Origin: Myxococcota bacterium
GTDB taxonomy: Bacteria > Myxococcota_A > UBA9042 > PHBI01 > JAWLBL01
NCBI GenBank assembly: GCA_041687695.1
Contig: JAWLBL010000035.1
Coordinates: 1-64,000, forward strand
Length of the DNA: 64,000 bases
Direction: 5' to 3'
Shown: positions 52,634 through 63,413 of the stretch, piece by piece
Position numbering within the stretch: the stretch's first letter is position 1
Layout of the letters: the number at the start of each line of letters is the position of its first letter
The notes under the pieces: model-generated
The model's database searches: none
What the model was told of the DNA's origin: nothing
The model's input: only the letters and a program-made list of their open reading frames with translations
Position numbers and translations under genes: made by a program

Positions 52634-53344
52634 TCAGAACACCAGGCCCAACCCGATGCGGAAGACGTCCTGATAGACGCTCACCTCCGGCTCGGGGAAG
52701 CGCGCCAGGTTGTCGGGATCCTCGGCCGTCGCGTACGCGATGTCGGCCGGCGACCACTCGGCGAAGATCTGCAGGCCCATGTCCTCGTCCAGCCGGTGGA
52801 ACACCGACCCTCGCAGCTGCAGCGCGTCGAGGCCGGCCTCCCCGTCCACCCAGGCCGTGCTGGCCTCCTGGGGCGTCCAGCGGCCCATCGCCTCGAGGTG
52901 CAGGTCGCTCGTCACCGAAAAGAGCAGGCGCCCGCGCACGTACCCGTACGCGTGCTGGACGTTCAGGCCGGCGCCGAGGGCGAAGGTCAGCAGCGTCGAG
53001 CCGAACCCGCCCTCGCCCAGCTGCAGGAGCGTGATCGGGAAGCCCAGCCCGACGTCGAAGATCAGCTCGGACGCGGCGTACGACTCGTAGCCCAATTCGG
53101 TCGCCAGTTCGAAGCCCAGGAAATTGCCCAGCGCCGTCGGCGACACCGGGAGGCCGAGCTCGAAGTGCGCCGACAGGCCGTAGCCGCCGCCGCCCAGTCG
53201 GTCGCCGAACATCCCCGACACGCCGGCCGCCATCCCGCCGATGCCGAACAGCCCGCCTTCGTCGGCCCGCGCCGACGCCATCGGCGCCGAGAGTGCCCCC
53301 ACCGTCGCCGCAACGCACGCGACCCGCGCCCTCCAAGCCATCAT
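52634..53344 (-). CDS. Probable outer-membrane beta-barrel protein
   Basis: Signal peptide, amphipathic strands, C-terminal IGLGLVF. Confidence 0.7.
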   Translation of the reverse strand: MMAWRARVACVAATVGALSAPMASARADEGGLFGIGGMAAGVSGMFGDRLGGGGYGLSAHFELGLPVSPTALGNFLGFELATELGYESYAASELIFDVGLGFPITLLQLGEGGFGSTLLTFALGAGLNVQHAYGYVRGRLLFSVTSDLHLEAMGRWTPQEASTAWVDGEAGLDALQLRGSVFHRLDEDMGLQIFAEWSPADIAYATAEDPDNLARFPEPEVSVYQDVFRIGLGLVF

Positions 53345-53354
53345 GACACTCTCC

Positions 53355-54236
53355 TCAGAACCGCAGCCCGGCCGAGGCGCGGAACCCGAAGTCGCCCGAG
53401 TCCAGCGCCGGCGTGGTCACGCTGCCCTGCAGCATGACCCGCCCGAACAGCGCCGTCGTCATCCCCAGCTCGAGATGACTGCCGCTCAGCTGCCGCTTGT
53501 AGCGCCCCGGCTCGTCCAGCACCTGCGGCTCGTGGCCGCTCCACTCGCCCAGCCAGTTCCAGTCCCACTGGAACCAGACCAGCGCCGGCCCGGCCGCCAC
53601 ATTCAACTTGAACGGCATTCCGAAGTACGAGTGCGTCAGGGCCACCTGCCGCTCGTCACGCTCGAAGCGGCTCACCAGGCTGCCGAAGCCCATCCCGACG
53701 TCCAGCATCACGTGCTCGCCGAATTCGGCCCCGAAGAACATGTTCAGCTTGTACCCGCTGCTCTCGCCGCCGCCGGGCAGCCGCGTCATATACAGATCGA
53801 GTTCGAAGCTCTGGTCCTCGGCGCCCATCATCTCGCTCGAGGACTCGGCGGTCCGGTCCAGGATCGCCTGCTTCTCGGCTTCGCTGCGATAGGTCGTCTT
53901 CGTGACGATCCAGTTGCCCGATCGATAGCGCTCGACGCTCTTGGGCGACGACGCGGCGAGGCCGCCCGCCACCGTGTTCATCAGCGCGAAGAACAGCCCG
54001 GTGACGAAGCCCTTGCGCTCGGTGTAGCGCAGCCCGGTCAGCCGCGGCTCGAGCCCGAGCGCCGTGACCCCGAGCGCGCCGGACCCCACGCCGTAAAAGC
54101 CGCTGAAGGCGCCCCAGCGCCCGTGCAACAGCTCGAGGCCCGTGCTCCCGAAGCCGCCCTCGTCACCGCGCGCCGGCCCCACCGCCGTGACCATCGTCAA
54201 CATCCCGACCAACCCCGCGGCCACCGCGCGTCGCAT
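53355..54236 (-). CDS. Probable outer-membrane beta-barrel protein
   Basis: GGAGGGAG RBS, signal peptide ..ARG-DE, C-terminal FRASAGLRF. Confidence 0.7.
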   Translation of the reverse strand: MRRAVAAGLVGMLTMVTAVGPARGDEGGFGSTGLELLHGRWGAFSGFYGVGSGALGVTALGLEPRLTGLRYTERKGFVTGLFFALMNTVAGGLAASSPKSVERYRSGNWIVTKTTYRSEAEKQAILDRTAESSSEMMGAEDQSFELDLYMTRLPGGGESSGYKLNMFFGAEFGEHVMLDVGMGFGSLVSRFERDERQVALTHSYFGMPFKLNVAAGPALVWFQWDWNWLGEWSGHEPQVLDEPGRYKRQLSGSHLELGMTTALFGRVMLQGSVTTPALDSGDFGFRASAGLRF

Positions 54237-54381
54237 CCTGCTCCCTCCGGCTCCGTCGCTCGCTCGAGGCCACCATAACGAGCCGCGCCGACCGCGCCAG
54301 TACTCAAATCGCCCCGCCTCCACGCTTTGAGCACATCTACTCACGCCGGGGGCCTTGGCGGCCTCTTCGAGAGCTGCTAGC

Positions 54382-55460
54382 GTGAGTCGACGCCGTCCCA
54401 CGACGCGCGCCCGGAGCCCGAAGCCCTTGACGAAGACCGACCCCGTCGTCGCCGCCGTCCGCCGCGACCTGACGTCCGCCCACGACCTCGACGCGACCGC
54501 CCTGCGCGCCCGCGTCCTGGCCGGCTTGCGCCGCGTCGTCGACAGCGACGTCGCCATGTTCTACACGGTCGGCTTCACGCGACGTGGCCTCGGCCTTCGC
54601 GACTGGCTCATCGACGGCTGCGCCAACGGCGGCCACGCCATGGCCCTGGTGCAGTCGTGCCCCGAGCTGCTCAACCAGCCCGCCTCGCTGCCGCCCCAAC
54701 GCGACGGCCGCCCCTACGACGTCCTGCGCCCCCGCCCCCACGAGCGCCGCGCCTTCCTCGAGGACGCCGCCCTGTGGAGCCCCGGCCAGATCGAACGCTC
54801 GCCCTTCTACGCCCGCGTGTTCGTCCCCTTCGGCCTGACCAGCCAGCAGCGCCTGCTGGTCTACCACGGCGACCGCTTCGTCGGCTGGATCGGTCACATG
54901 CGCACCCGCGGCACCCAACCGTTCAGCGTCGCCGACCGCCGGCGCCTGCAGCCCCTGGTGCCGACCATCCGCACCGCCCTCGTCACCGCGGACCGCCTCG
55001 AGCGCGCCGCCACCCCCCAGGGCCCGGGCGACCTCGTCGTCTCGCCCGACGGCGGCCTCGAGTTCGCCACCCCTGCGGGCGCCGCCTGGCACGCCGTCCC
55101 CGCCTTCGCCGAGGCGCTCCGTCGCCACATCCGCGCCCTCGACCGCGACGACGCCCAGCAGCTCGCGGCGCCGCTCGCGCTCGCGGACGCACGCATCACG
55201 CGTCTCGACGGCGAGGGCCGTGTCCGCTATCTGGTCCAGGTCGTGCCCATCCGGCCCGCCCGCGTGGCGGCCGACGCGGGCCTGACGTCCCGGCAGCGCG
55301 CCGTCGCCAGCTACGCCGCAGCCGGCGCCACCGTCCCCGAGATCGCCCGCTGCCTGTCGGTGTCCCCCGAGACCGTCCGGACCCACCTGCGCGCGACCTA
55401 CCGCCACCTCGACGTCGCCAACCGCGTCGAGCTCGCCGCCGCCCTCGAGGCCCAGACGCC

Positions 55461-55464
<4 letters not shown>
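54382..55464 (+). CDS. LuxR-type HTH transcriptional regulator with GAF-like N-terminus
   Basis: C-terminal LTSRQ..G....[26 protein letters not shown]. Start uncertain. Confidence 0.82.
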
Positions 55465-56336
<872 letters not shown>

Positions 56337-56341
56337 GCCGC

Positions 56342-56380
56342 GCCCTGGCGACGCCACCCGAGCGGAAGCGTCGCCAGGGC
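56342..56380. terminator. 13-bp perfect stem hairpin between convergent genes
   Basis: GCCCTGGCGACGC-N13-GCGTCGCCAGGGC. Confidence 0.55.
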
Positions 56381-56387
56381 CGGCGGG

Positions 56388-59300
56388 TCACCACAGGACG
56401 CTCTCGACGCTGGTGCTCGGGCCGCTCGGCGTCAGGCCGCCGACCGCGAAGATGCGGCCGCTGCCCTGGCTCATGCCCATCAGCGCGCGCGACACCGCCA
56501 TGGTGTCGCCGGTGGCGTTGACGTTGCCCAGCGTGCCGTTGGGGCCGACGAAGCCCGAGTCGCGGCCGTTGGACGGCCCCGCCGTGCCGCTGCCCCCGAA
56601 CAGGAACAGCTGGTTCGACGCGGCGGCCGCTCCGTAGCCGGCCCGGCTGACGTTGCCGTTGAACGCCTGGGCCCAGGTGGTCAGCTGGCCGCCCGCCTGC
56701 ACCCGCGCCGCGTGGAAGCGGCTCGCGCCGGCGCCGCCGAGGCCCGGCCCCGAGTAGATCCACGTCTCGTCGAGCTCCACCTGCGTCGTGACCGTCGCGT
56801 CGACGCTGAAGGCCCCATGCAGCCGCTTGGCCGCCGGCATGAGGCTCAGGCCGGGCAGCCACGCGGGCGTCACCGAGTGGCCGCCGCCCTCGCCGACGGT
56901 GACGCTCACAATCTCGACGGACGCGAGGGTAGTCCCCAGGGCGCCCCGCCCGCCGAGCGCGTACAGATGCACCACGTCGCGGTCCACGGGGTCGACCGCC
57001 ACACCCAGGGCCAGCTCGGCGCGCGGGGCCAGCAGCGGCGGCATCGCCATCCACGCGCCCAGGTCCCCCAGCCGCCGCGGCGTCGCGGCCCCGGCCGGCG
57101 TCAGGGCGTCCACGAACGACGTGCTCGGCGCCGCGACCGTGGCGATGAGGCCCACGTCGGCCAGCGGCGCGTCCGCGGCCGGGCTGCGGTAGACGCGGTA
57201 CGCGGCCGCTCCCGGCACGGCCGACCAGCGCAAGGTCACCTCGAAGCCGTCGGGCGCCCAGCTCGGCACCTTGATGGGCAGCGGCTCGCTGGGCAGCGTC
57301 TCGCCGCCCGCGTTGTCCGCGTCGCCCGCGCCCATCACCGCGCTGACCCGGTAGTACCACAGGCCCTCGCCCAGCCCGTCCGGGTCCAGCGCGATCTCCA
57401 GGTCCCCGTCGATCTGCGGGGCGTCCTCGGGCCGCAGCACCTCGGCGCGCACCACGCTCGCGACGGCCCCGTCGCCGTCGTCGCCGCCCACGACATAAAG
57501 GAACCGGCCGATCGCCTTGGCCGCCGCCAGGGTGCGGCCTTCAGGCAGGCCCGCCGGCAGCGTCCGGAAGGCGCCCAGGTCCCCGAAGGGCGTCAACGGC
57601 GCCGCCTCGATCGACGCCAGCGGCGCCCCGGCCGCGCTGCCGTGTCCGCCCAGCGCATACAGGAACTTCGCCCGCCGCGTCGCCGCCCCCACGACGGCGG
57701 CCAGCCCCTGCCGCGCCGTGTTCAGGGTGGCGCCGGTCAGCTGGCTCGCCGGGATGTTCTCGGCCGGGTTCAGCATCACCAGCGCCGAGAACTCGTCGAA
57801 GCTGGCGTCGGGGTGGGTGACCCGGACCAGGCAGATCCAGTTCTGCGGGATCCCGTTGGGCACCGCGAACTCGATGCGCCCGGCGTCGACGAAGTTCGCC
57901 ATCGCGCCGAACTCGGTCGGCGCGGCGTCGGGGAGCTGCGGGTCGCGACACAGCAGATCCACCTCGGCGCCGGCGTCGAAGTCCTCGCCGACGATGGTCA
58001 CGACCACGCCGGGCCCTGGGACCGCGCCGGGGGCGATGGTCTCGATGATCGGCGGCGGGCTGTCGACGACGGTGAACCCGGCCGGGTCGAGGCCCACGGA
58101 GCCGTCCGGGTTGACGACGACGACGTCGTAGTCGCCGGGCGCCAGCCCCTGCCCGACCAGGGCCGTCAGCTCGGTCGGGCCGATGAAGCCGACGCTGGTC
58201 AGCGCGGTCGCGGTGCCGCCACCACCGACCGGGTTCAGGTACACGCGCGGCAGCTCCTGGAACGGGTCACCGGGCGCCGCGGCGTCGAGCAGGATGGACA
58301 CCGACGTGCGGCGCGTCGACCCGCCGAAGGGCGGCGAGACGGCGAAGGGGGCCATGTCGATCTGCCGCGTCAGGTCGGTCGCGCCGGTCAGGGCCGCGGG
58401 GCAGCCCAGGCCGTCGGTGACAGACACCTCGTAGGTGACGACCTCGCCGAGCTGCACCAGGTCCTTGGGCAAGGTGGCCAGCACCTTGCTGGGCGCGGCC
58501 GGGTCGAACGCGTGCGGCACGGTCAGCCACCCCGCGGTCCCGGCGCGGCGGATCTCGACCTCGTCGACGGCGCCCCCGTTGATGTTGGCCACGTACAGCG
58601 TCACCTGCAGATCGAGGCCGTTGTAGGCGACCGGCGGGTCGACGAAGAACACCACCGGCCGCGGCAGGACCGTGATCGCGTTCGGGCGGACGTCCTCGCA
58701 CCCGGCGCCGTTGGACACCGTCAGATCGTAGCTACCCGCGGCTAGCGGCCCGAAGCTCACGTCGGCCAGGGCCCCGCCCGTCGCGACCGCGGTGCTCAGG
58801 GCCGGGCGCTGCTGCCCGTCGGCGCCGGTCAGCCAGAACTGCGTCGAGGCGCGGAAGCCGCTGCCCGTCACCTGCAGCCCGACGTCGGCGTCCTCGCAGA
58901 AGGCCTTGGGGCTCACGTCCGCGATGGTGGGCTTGGCGCCGACCGAGAAGGTCGCCGTGTCCCCGCAGACCAGCGTCGTCGGGTTGTCGACCTCGATGAC
59001 GTAGTCGCCGGGCGCGAGGCTGGCCGCATCCGGCACCTCGAAGGTCAGCTCGGAGCACCCCTCGATGTCGAGGAACGCCCCCAGGACCGGCGCGCAGCCG
59101 CTCATGGCCGTCACGGGGACGGGCTGCCCGTCGAAGCTCACCCGCGGGCCCTCTCCCTCGACCACCAGGAACCCGGCCCCCGTCGCCTTCACGGTCAGCT
59201 CGCCCGGGACCACGCCCTCGCACGCCACCGGCGGCACGACCCCGGCGACCCCGAACCCGGCGCACAGGTCGAAGGCGGCGCACGTCACCAGGCACCCGTC

Positions 59301-60881
59301 CGTGTTGTCCAGGTTGCCGTCGTCGCAGTCCTCCTCGCCGCTCCAGACCACGCCGTCACCGCACTTGGCCGCTACGCACCCGCTCAGGCACCCGTCCGTG
59401 TCGACCGCGTTGCCGTCGTCGCACGCCTCCTGCCCCGCCCAGACGATCCCGTCGCCGCACCGCGCCGGCTCACACGCGCTCGTGCACGCGTCCCCGTCCA
59501 CCGCGTTGCCGTCGTCGCACGCCTCGACCCCGGCCCGCACGAACCCGTCCCCGCACCGCGCCAGCAGGCACGTGTTCAGGCACCCGTCCGCGTTCGACCC
59601 GTTCCCGTCGTCGCACTCCTCCCCGTCCTGCACGACCCCGTCGCCGCAGGTCGGCAGCGTGCACGACGACGTGCACCCGTCCGAATCGTCCGCGTTCCCG
59701 TCGTCGCAGGCCTCGACCCCGACGTGCACGAAGCCGTCCCCGCAGCTCGCCGGCACGCACGTGTTCAGGCACCCGTCCGCGTTCGACGCGTTCCCGTCGT
59801 CGCAGCTCTCGCCGCTCTGCACGATCCCGTCACCGCACTTGGCCAGCAGGCACCCGCCCGTGCACCCGTCCTCGTCGTCGTCGTCGCCGTCGTCGCACTG
59901 CTCGACCCCGACCTGCACGAACCCGTCGCCGCAGCTCGGCAGCTCGCACCCGTTCAAGCACCCGTCGTGGTTCGACGCGTTCCCGTCGTCGCACGCCTCG
60001 ACGCCCGCCCACACGAACCCGTCGCCGCAGCTCGCCGCCACGCACGTGTTCAAGCACCCGTCCGCGTTCGACGCGTTGCCGTCGTCACACTCCTCACCCG
60101 GCTGGACCACGCCGTCCCCGCAGCTGGCCAGCCTGCACCCCGGCGTGCAGCTCCCGTCGGCCGCCGCCCCCTCGCCCGCGTCGCACGCCTCGACCCCCGC
60201 CCACACGATGCCGTCACCGCACACGGCCGCCTCGCACGCGTTCGTGCAGCCGTCGTGGTCGTTCGCGTTGCCGTCGTCGCACGCCTCGACGCCCACCCAC
60301 ACGAAGCCGTCGCCGCACGACGCCGCGACGCACGTGTTCAGGCACCCGTCCGCGTTGGACGCGTTCCCGTCGTCGCACGCCTCGCCCGGCTGCACGATGC
60401 CGTCGCCGCAGGTCGCCACCCGACACGCCGTCGTGCACCCGTCGTCGTCGACCTCGTTTCCGTCGTCGCACGCCTCGACGCCGACCCGCACCACGCCGTC
60501 GCCGCACCGCGAGGTCGTGCACGCGTTCGTGCATCCGTCCCCGTCCACCGTGTTGCCGTCGTCGCACTGCTCGACGCCGACCTGCACGAACCCGTCACCG
60601 CACCGCGCCGCCCGGCACTGCCGCGTGCACCCGTCCCCGTCGTTCAGGTTGCCGTCGTCGCACTCCTCGCCGAGCGCCGCCTGCACGATGCCATCGCCGC
60701 AGCGAGCCACCGTGCAGGCGGGCGTGCACCCGTCGTCCTCCAGGTCGTTGCCGTCGTCGCACGCCTCCCCGGCCTCCAGCTGTCCATTGCCACAGACCGG
60801 CTCCTCGGAGCACCCCGCGCCCGCGAGCGCGGCGGCCAGCCCGAGGAGGGCCACCCAACGGTCACGACCCAGCGTCATCAC
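56388..60881 (-). CDS. Large surface lipoprotein: 16 myxobacterial Cys-rich (DUF4215-type) repeats, IPT/TIG-like domains, Kelch-like repeats and an FN3-like insert
   Basis: GAGC lipobox; CGDG..E.CDDGN....DGC...C x16; YDLTVSN and YDVVVVNPDG; LYALGG, LYVVGG, LFLFGG, IFAVGG; LRWSAVPGAAAYRVYRS. Confidence 0.88.
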   Translation of the reverse strand: MMTLGRDRWVALLGLAAALAGAGCSEEPVCGNGQLEAGEACDDGNDLEDDGCTPACTVARCGDGIVQAALGEECDDGNLNDGDGCTRQCRAARCGDGFVQVGVEQCDDGNTVDGDGCTNACTTSRCGDGVVRVGVEACDDGNEVDDDGCTTACRVATCGDGIVQPGEACDDGNASNADGCLNTCVAASCGDGFVWVGVEACDDGNANDHDGCTNACEAAVCGDGIVWAGVEACDAGEGAAADGSCTPGCRLASCGDGVVQPGEECDDGNASNADGCLNTCVAASCGDGFVWAGVEACDDGNASNHDGCLNGCELPSCGDGFVQVGVEQCDDGDDDDEDGCTGGCLLAKCGDGIVQSGESCDDGNASNADGCLNTCVPASCGDGFVHVGVEACDDGNADDSDGCTSSCTLPTCGDGVVQDGEECDDGNGSNADGCLNTCLLARCGDGFVRAGVEACDDGNAVDGDACTSACEPARCGDGIVWAGQEACDDGNAVDTDGCLSGCVAAKCGDGVVWSGEEDCDDGNLDNTDGCLVTCAAFDLCAGFGVAGVVPPVACEGVVPGELTVKATGAGFLVVEGEGPRVSFDGQPVPVTAMSGCAPVLGAFLDIEGCSELTFEVPDAASLAPGDYVIEVDNPTTLVCGDTATFSVGAKPTIADVSPKAFCEDADVGLQVTGSGFRASTQFWLTGADGQQRPALSTAVATGGALADVSFGPLAAGSYDLTVSNGAGCEDVRPNAITVLPRPVVFFVDPPVAYNGLDLQVTLYVANINGGAVDEVEIRRAGTAGWLTVPHAFDPAAPSKVLATLPKDLVQLGEVVTYEVSVTDGLGCPAALTGATDLTRQIDMAPFAVSPPFGGSTRRTSVSILLDAAAPGDPFQELPRVYLNPVGGGGTATALTSVGFIGPTELTALVGQGLAPGDYDVVVVNPDGSVGLDPAGFTVVDSPPPIIETIAPGAVPGPGVVVTIVGEDFDAGAEVDLLCRDPQLPDAAPTEFGAMANFVDAGRIEFAVPNGIPQNWICLVRVTHPDASFDEFSALVMLNPAENIPASQLTGATLNTARQGLAAVVGAATRRAKFLYALGGHGSAAGAPLASIEAAPLTPFGDLGAFRTLPAGLPEGRTLAAAKAIGRFLYVVGGDDGDGAVASVVRAEVLRPEDAPQIDGDLEIALDPDGLGEGLWYYRVSAVMGAGDADNAGGETLPSEPLPIKVPSWAPDGFEVTLRWSAVPGAAAYRVYRSPAADAPLADVGLIATVAAPSTSFVDALTPAGAATPRRLGDLGAWMAMPPLLAPRAELALGVAVDPVDRDVVHLYALGGRGALGTTLASVEIVSVTVGEGGGHSVTPAWLPGLSLMPAAKRLHGAFSVDATVTTQVELDETWIYSGPGLGGAGASRFHAARVQAGGQLTTWAQAFNGNVSRAGYGAAAASNQLFLFGGSGTAGPSNGRDSGFVGPNGTLGNVNATGDTMAVSRALMGMSQGSGRIFAVGGLTPSGPSTSVESVLW
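59280..60795 (-). repeat. Intragenic tandem array of 16 Cys-rich units of about 93-99 bp
   Basis: Recurrent GCCGTCGTCGCA and CCGTCGCCGCA on the + strand; units counted in translation; ends approximate. Confidence 0.85.
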
Positions 60882-60894
60882 GTCTCCCCCCTCG

Positions 60895-62805
60895 TCATTC
60901 CCACGCGTACTCGCAGACGAACGGCGCCGTCTGCGTGCACAGCCGGTCCTCCCAGGCGCCCGCGTCGTCGAGGCCCGCGCAGTCGCCGGCCCCGGGCGCG
61001 CCGTCCGCCCAGTTGGTGTAGGTCGCCGCGAAGAAGCTCCCCGGCCCCTCCACCCACAGCCACAGCCCCTCGGTGAACATGTCCGTCAGGCCGAACCACG
61101 CCGCGGGCGCGAGCGCCGCCGTCAGCAGCCCCTGCACCTCGGCGTTCTCGGTCTCCGACGTCACGCTCGCCAGGTGCCCCCCCAGCACCTCGCAGTACGC
61201 CCGCGCGTCCGCCCACGCCAGCTCCAGCGTGAACAGGGCGTAGCAGCTCCCGCTCGCGCCCAGCACGTTCTCGTCGCCGACGAAGCACTCCTTCTCGCAG
61301 ACCTCGTCGCACCAGTCGCCCGCCACCAGGTTGCCGTCGTCGCACGCCTCGACCCCGGCCTGGACGAACCCGTCGCCGCAGCGCGCCGCCACGCACCCCG
61401 GCAGGCACGCCGCGTCGAAGGCGTTGCCCGCCCCCAGGTCGCACTCCTCGACCCCCTCGCGCACCACGCCGTCGCCGCACACCGGCAGCTCGCACGCGTT
61501 GGTGCACCCGTCCGTGTCCACGTCGTTGCCGTCGTCACAGCCCTCGACGCCCTTCCACACGAACCCGTCCCCGCACTGGGCCACCTCGCAGCTGTTCAGG
61601 CACGCGTCCGCGTTCGACGCGTTGCCGTCGTCGCACGCCTCGCCCGGCTGCACGAACCCGTCGCCGCACGACGCCTCGAGGCACGTCGTCAGGCAGGCGT
61701 CGTGGTTCGACAGGTTGCCGTCGTCGCACGCCTCGCCCGGCTGGACGATGCCGTCGCCGCAGGTCGGCAGCGCGCACGCGTTGGTGCACCCGTCGTCGTC
61801 CACGTCGTTGCCGTCGTCGCACGCCTCGACGCCCACCAGCACGAACCCGTCACCGCACACGTTCAGCGCGCACGCGTTCGTGCACGCGTCGTTGTTCGAC
61901 GCGTTGCCGTCGTCACACGCCTCGCCCTCCTGCACCCAGCCGTCGCCGCACACGGCCAGCTGGCACTCGGTCGTGCACCCGTCGGTGTTCGACACGTTGC
62001 CGTCGTCGCACGCCTCGCCGGCCTGCACGATGCCGTCGCCGCAGCGCGGCAGCTCGCAGTCGTTGGTGCACCCGTCACCGTCGACCTCGTTGCCGTCGTC
62101 GCACGCCTCGACGCCGACGAAGCGCAGCCCGTCGCCGCACACGTTCAGCGCGCACGCGTTGGTGCACGCGTCGTTGTTCGACCCGTTGCCGTCGTCGCAC
62201 GCCTCGCCCGCCTGCACGAACCCGTCGCCGCAGCTGGGCTCGGTGCAGTTGGTCAGGCACGCGTCGGTGTTGGACAGGTTCCCGTCGTCGCAGGCCTCGC
62301 CGCCCTGCACGAACCCGTCGCCGCACCGCGCCGCCTTGCACGCGCTGGTGCACCCGTCCGTGTCGACGTCGTTGCCGTCGTCGCACTCCTCGACCCCGGC
62401 CTGCACCACGCCGTCGCCGCAGACGGCCACCGTGCACTCGGCCGTGCACCCGTCGCTGCCGTCGGCGTTGCCGTCGTCGCACTCCTCGCCCGCCTGCAGG
62501 ATGCCGTCCCCGCAGCGCGGCAGCCGGCAGTCGTTGGTGCACCCGTCGAAGTTGGTCCCGTTGCCGTCGTCGCACTCCTCGCCGACGCTCGCCTGGGTGA
62601 ACCCGTCGCCACACACGGCCAGCCGGCACGTCGACGTACACCCGTCGGTGTCGTCGTCGTTGCCGTCGTCACATTGTTCGCCCTCTTCGACCGTGGCGTT
62701 TCCGCACACGGCGTCGTCCCCACAGGCGACCAGCGCCCCCGACCAGAGCACGGCGCAGGCCGTCCAGACGAGCGCGTCACGAACGCGCGGCATACGCGAA
62801 GCCAT
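60895..62805 (-). CDS. Surface lipoprotein: 15 Cys-rich repeats plus C-terminal C-type lectin domain
   Basis: LVAC lipobox; 15 repeats; CY..W.DA...C...GGHLAS, WFGL.D, W.W, YTNW..G.P, DC, W.D..C....FVCE. Confidence 0.9.
   Translation of the reverse strand: MASRMPRVRDALVWTACAVLWSGALVACGDDAVCGNATVEEGEQCDDGNDDDTDGCTSTCRLAVCGDGFTQASVGEECDDGNGTNFDGCTNDCRLPRCGDGILQAGEECDDGNADGSDGCTAECTVAVCGDGVVQAGVEECDDGNDVDTDGCTSACKAARCGDGFVQGGEACDDGNLSNTDACLTNCTEPSCGDGFVQAGEACDDGNGSNNDACTNACALNVCGDGLRFVGVEACDDGNEVDGDGCTNDCELPRCGDGIVQAGEACDDGNVSNTDGCTTECQLAVCGDGWVQEGEACDDGNASNNDACTNACALNVCGDGFVLVGVEACDDGNDVDDDGCTNACALPTCGDGIVQPGEACDDGNLSNHDACLTTCLEASCGDGFVQPGEACDDGNASNADACLNSCEVAQCGDGFVWKGVEGCDDGNDVDTDGCTNACELPVCGDGVVREGVEECDLGAGNAFDAACLPGCVAARCGDGFVQAGVEACDDGNLVAGDWCDEVCEKECFVGDENVLGASGSCYALFTLELAWADARAYCEVLGGHLASVTSETENAEVQGLLTAALAPAAWFGLTDMFTEGLWLWVEGPGSFFAATYTNWADGAPGAGDCAGLDDAGAWEDRLCTQTAPFVCEYAWE
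61290..62710 (-). repeat. Intragenic tandem array of 15 Cys-rich units
   Basis: Same unit as the neighbouring gene; counted in translation; ends approximate. Confidence 0.85.
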
Positions 62806-63413
62806 GGAGTCCCTCCCAACGGATCCCGAAACGGTAGATTGGCCGGACGTCGGCCCGGGCTCGACCCGGACCCGCGCGCGCGGTCGCCGCCCACCCGGCG
62901 GCGTCCCGCGCTCCGTCCCGAAGCGCGGCATCGACTCTGCGCAGCTTTCGACCGCCGGCGATCCCGACGCAAGCGCACCGCCCCCCGCGGTCCGCCCTCG
63001 GCTGTGACCGAGGCCGGATCGTCCCCGCGCCGCGCTCCCCCACCCCCACGCCCGCTCGCGCCGCGCTCTCCATCGCAAGTGCGCGATAACAGACCATTGC
63101 GCGCCCTCTCGCGCGCCGCCTCCCCCACACGGCCCGGAAGTATCCAGAACGGATACGGAATCATCGCAACGAGGCTCGCGTGGGCCCGCATGTGCCCCCT
63201 CCCTGGACAGCTCGAGGCGGCCGTGAGGCGGCGCCGATCGCGCGCCGCGCTCCGTCACCCTGCCGGCTGCGCGAGGCGCGGTGGCGGCCTCGAGCCGTCG
63301 CGCCATTCTGCGGTTGTCTCGACGCCTCGCGGTTCATAGGCTCCGCACGCACCGCGGCCGGCTGCCTCCCCGGCGGCCCCCGGTGCGTCGCCCGAAGCGC
63401 GACGGGGGGACGA

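Noticed and set aside
60895..61290. C-type lectin as a diversity-generating retroelement target
   Set aside because: No reverse transcriptase and no template-repeat copy seen in the window.
59280..62710. Periodic DNA repeats as a CRISPR array
   Set aside because: Degenerate, in-frame protein-coding units with no constant repeat and unique spacers; no cas genes.
59065..63339. 1424-aa + strand ORF with repeats
   Set aside because: Antisense shadow of the Cys-rich repeat genes; no motifs of its own.
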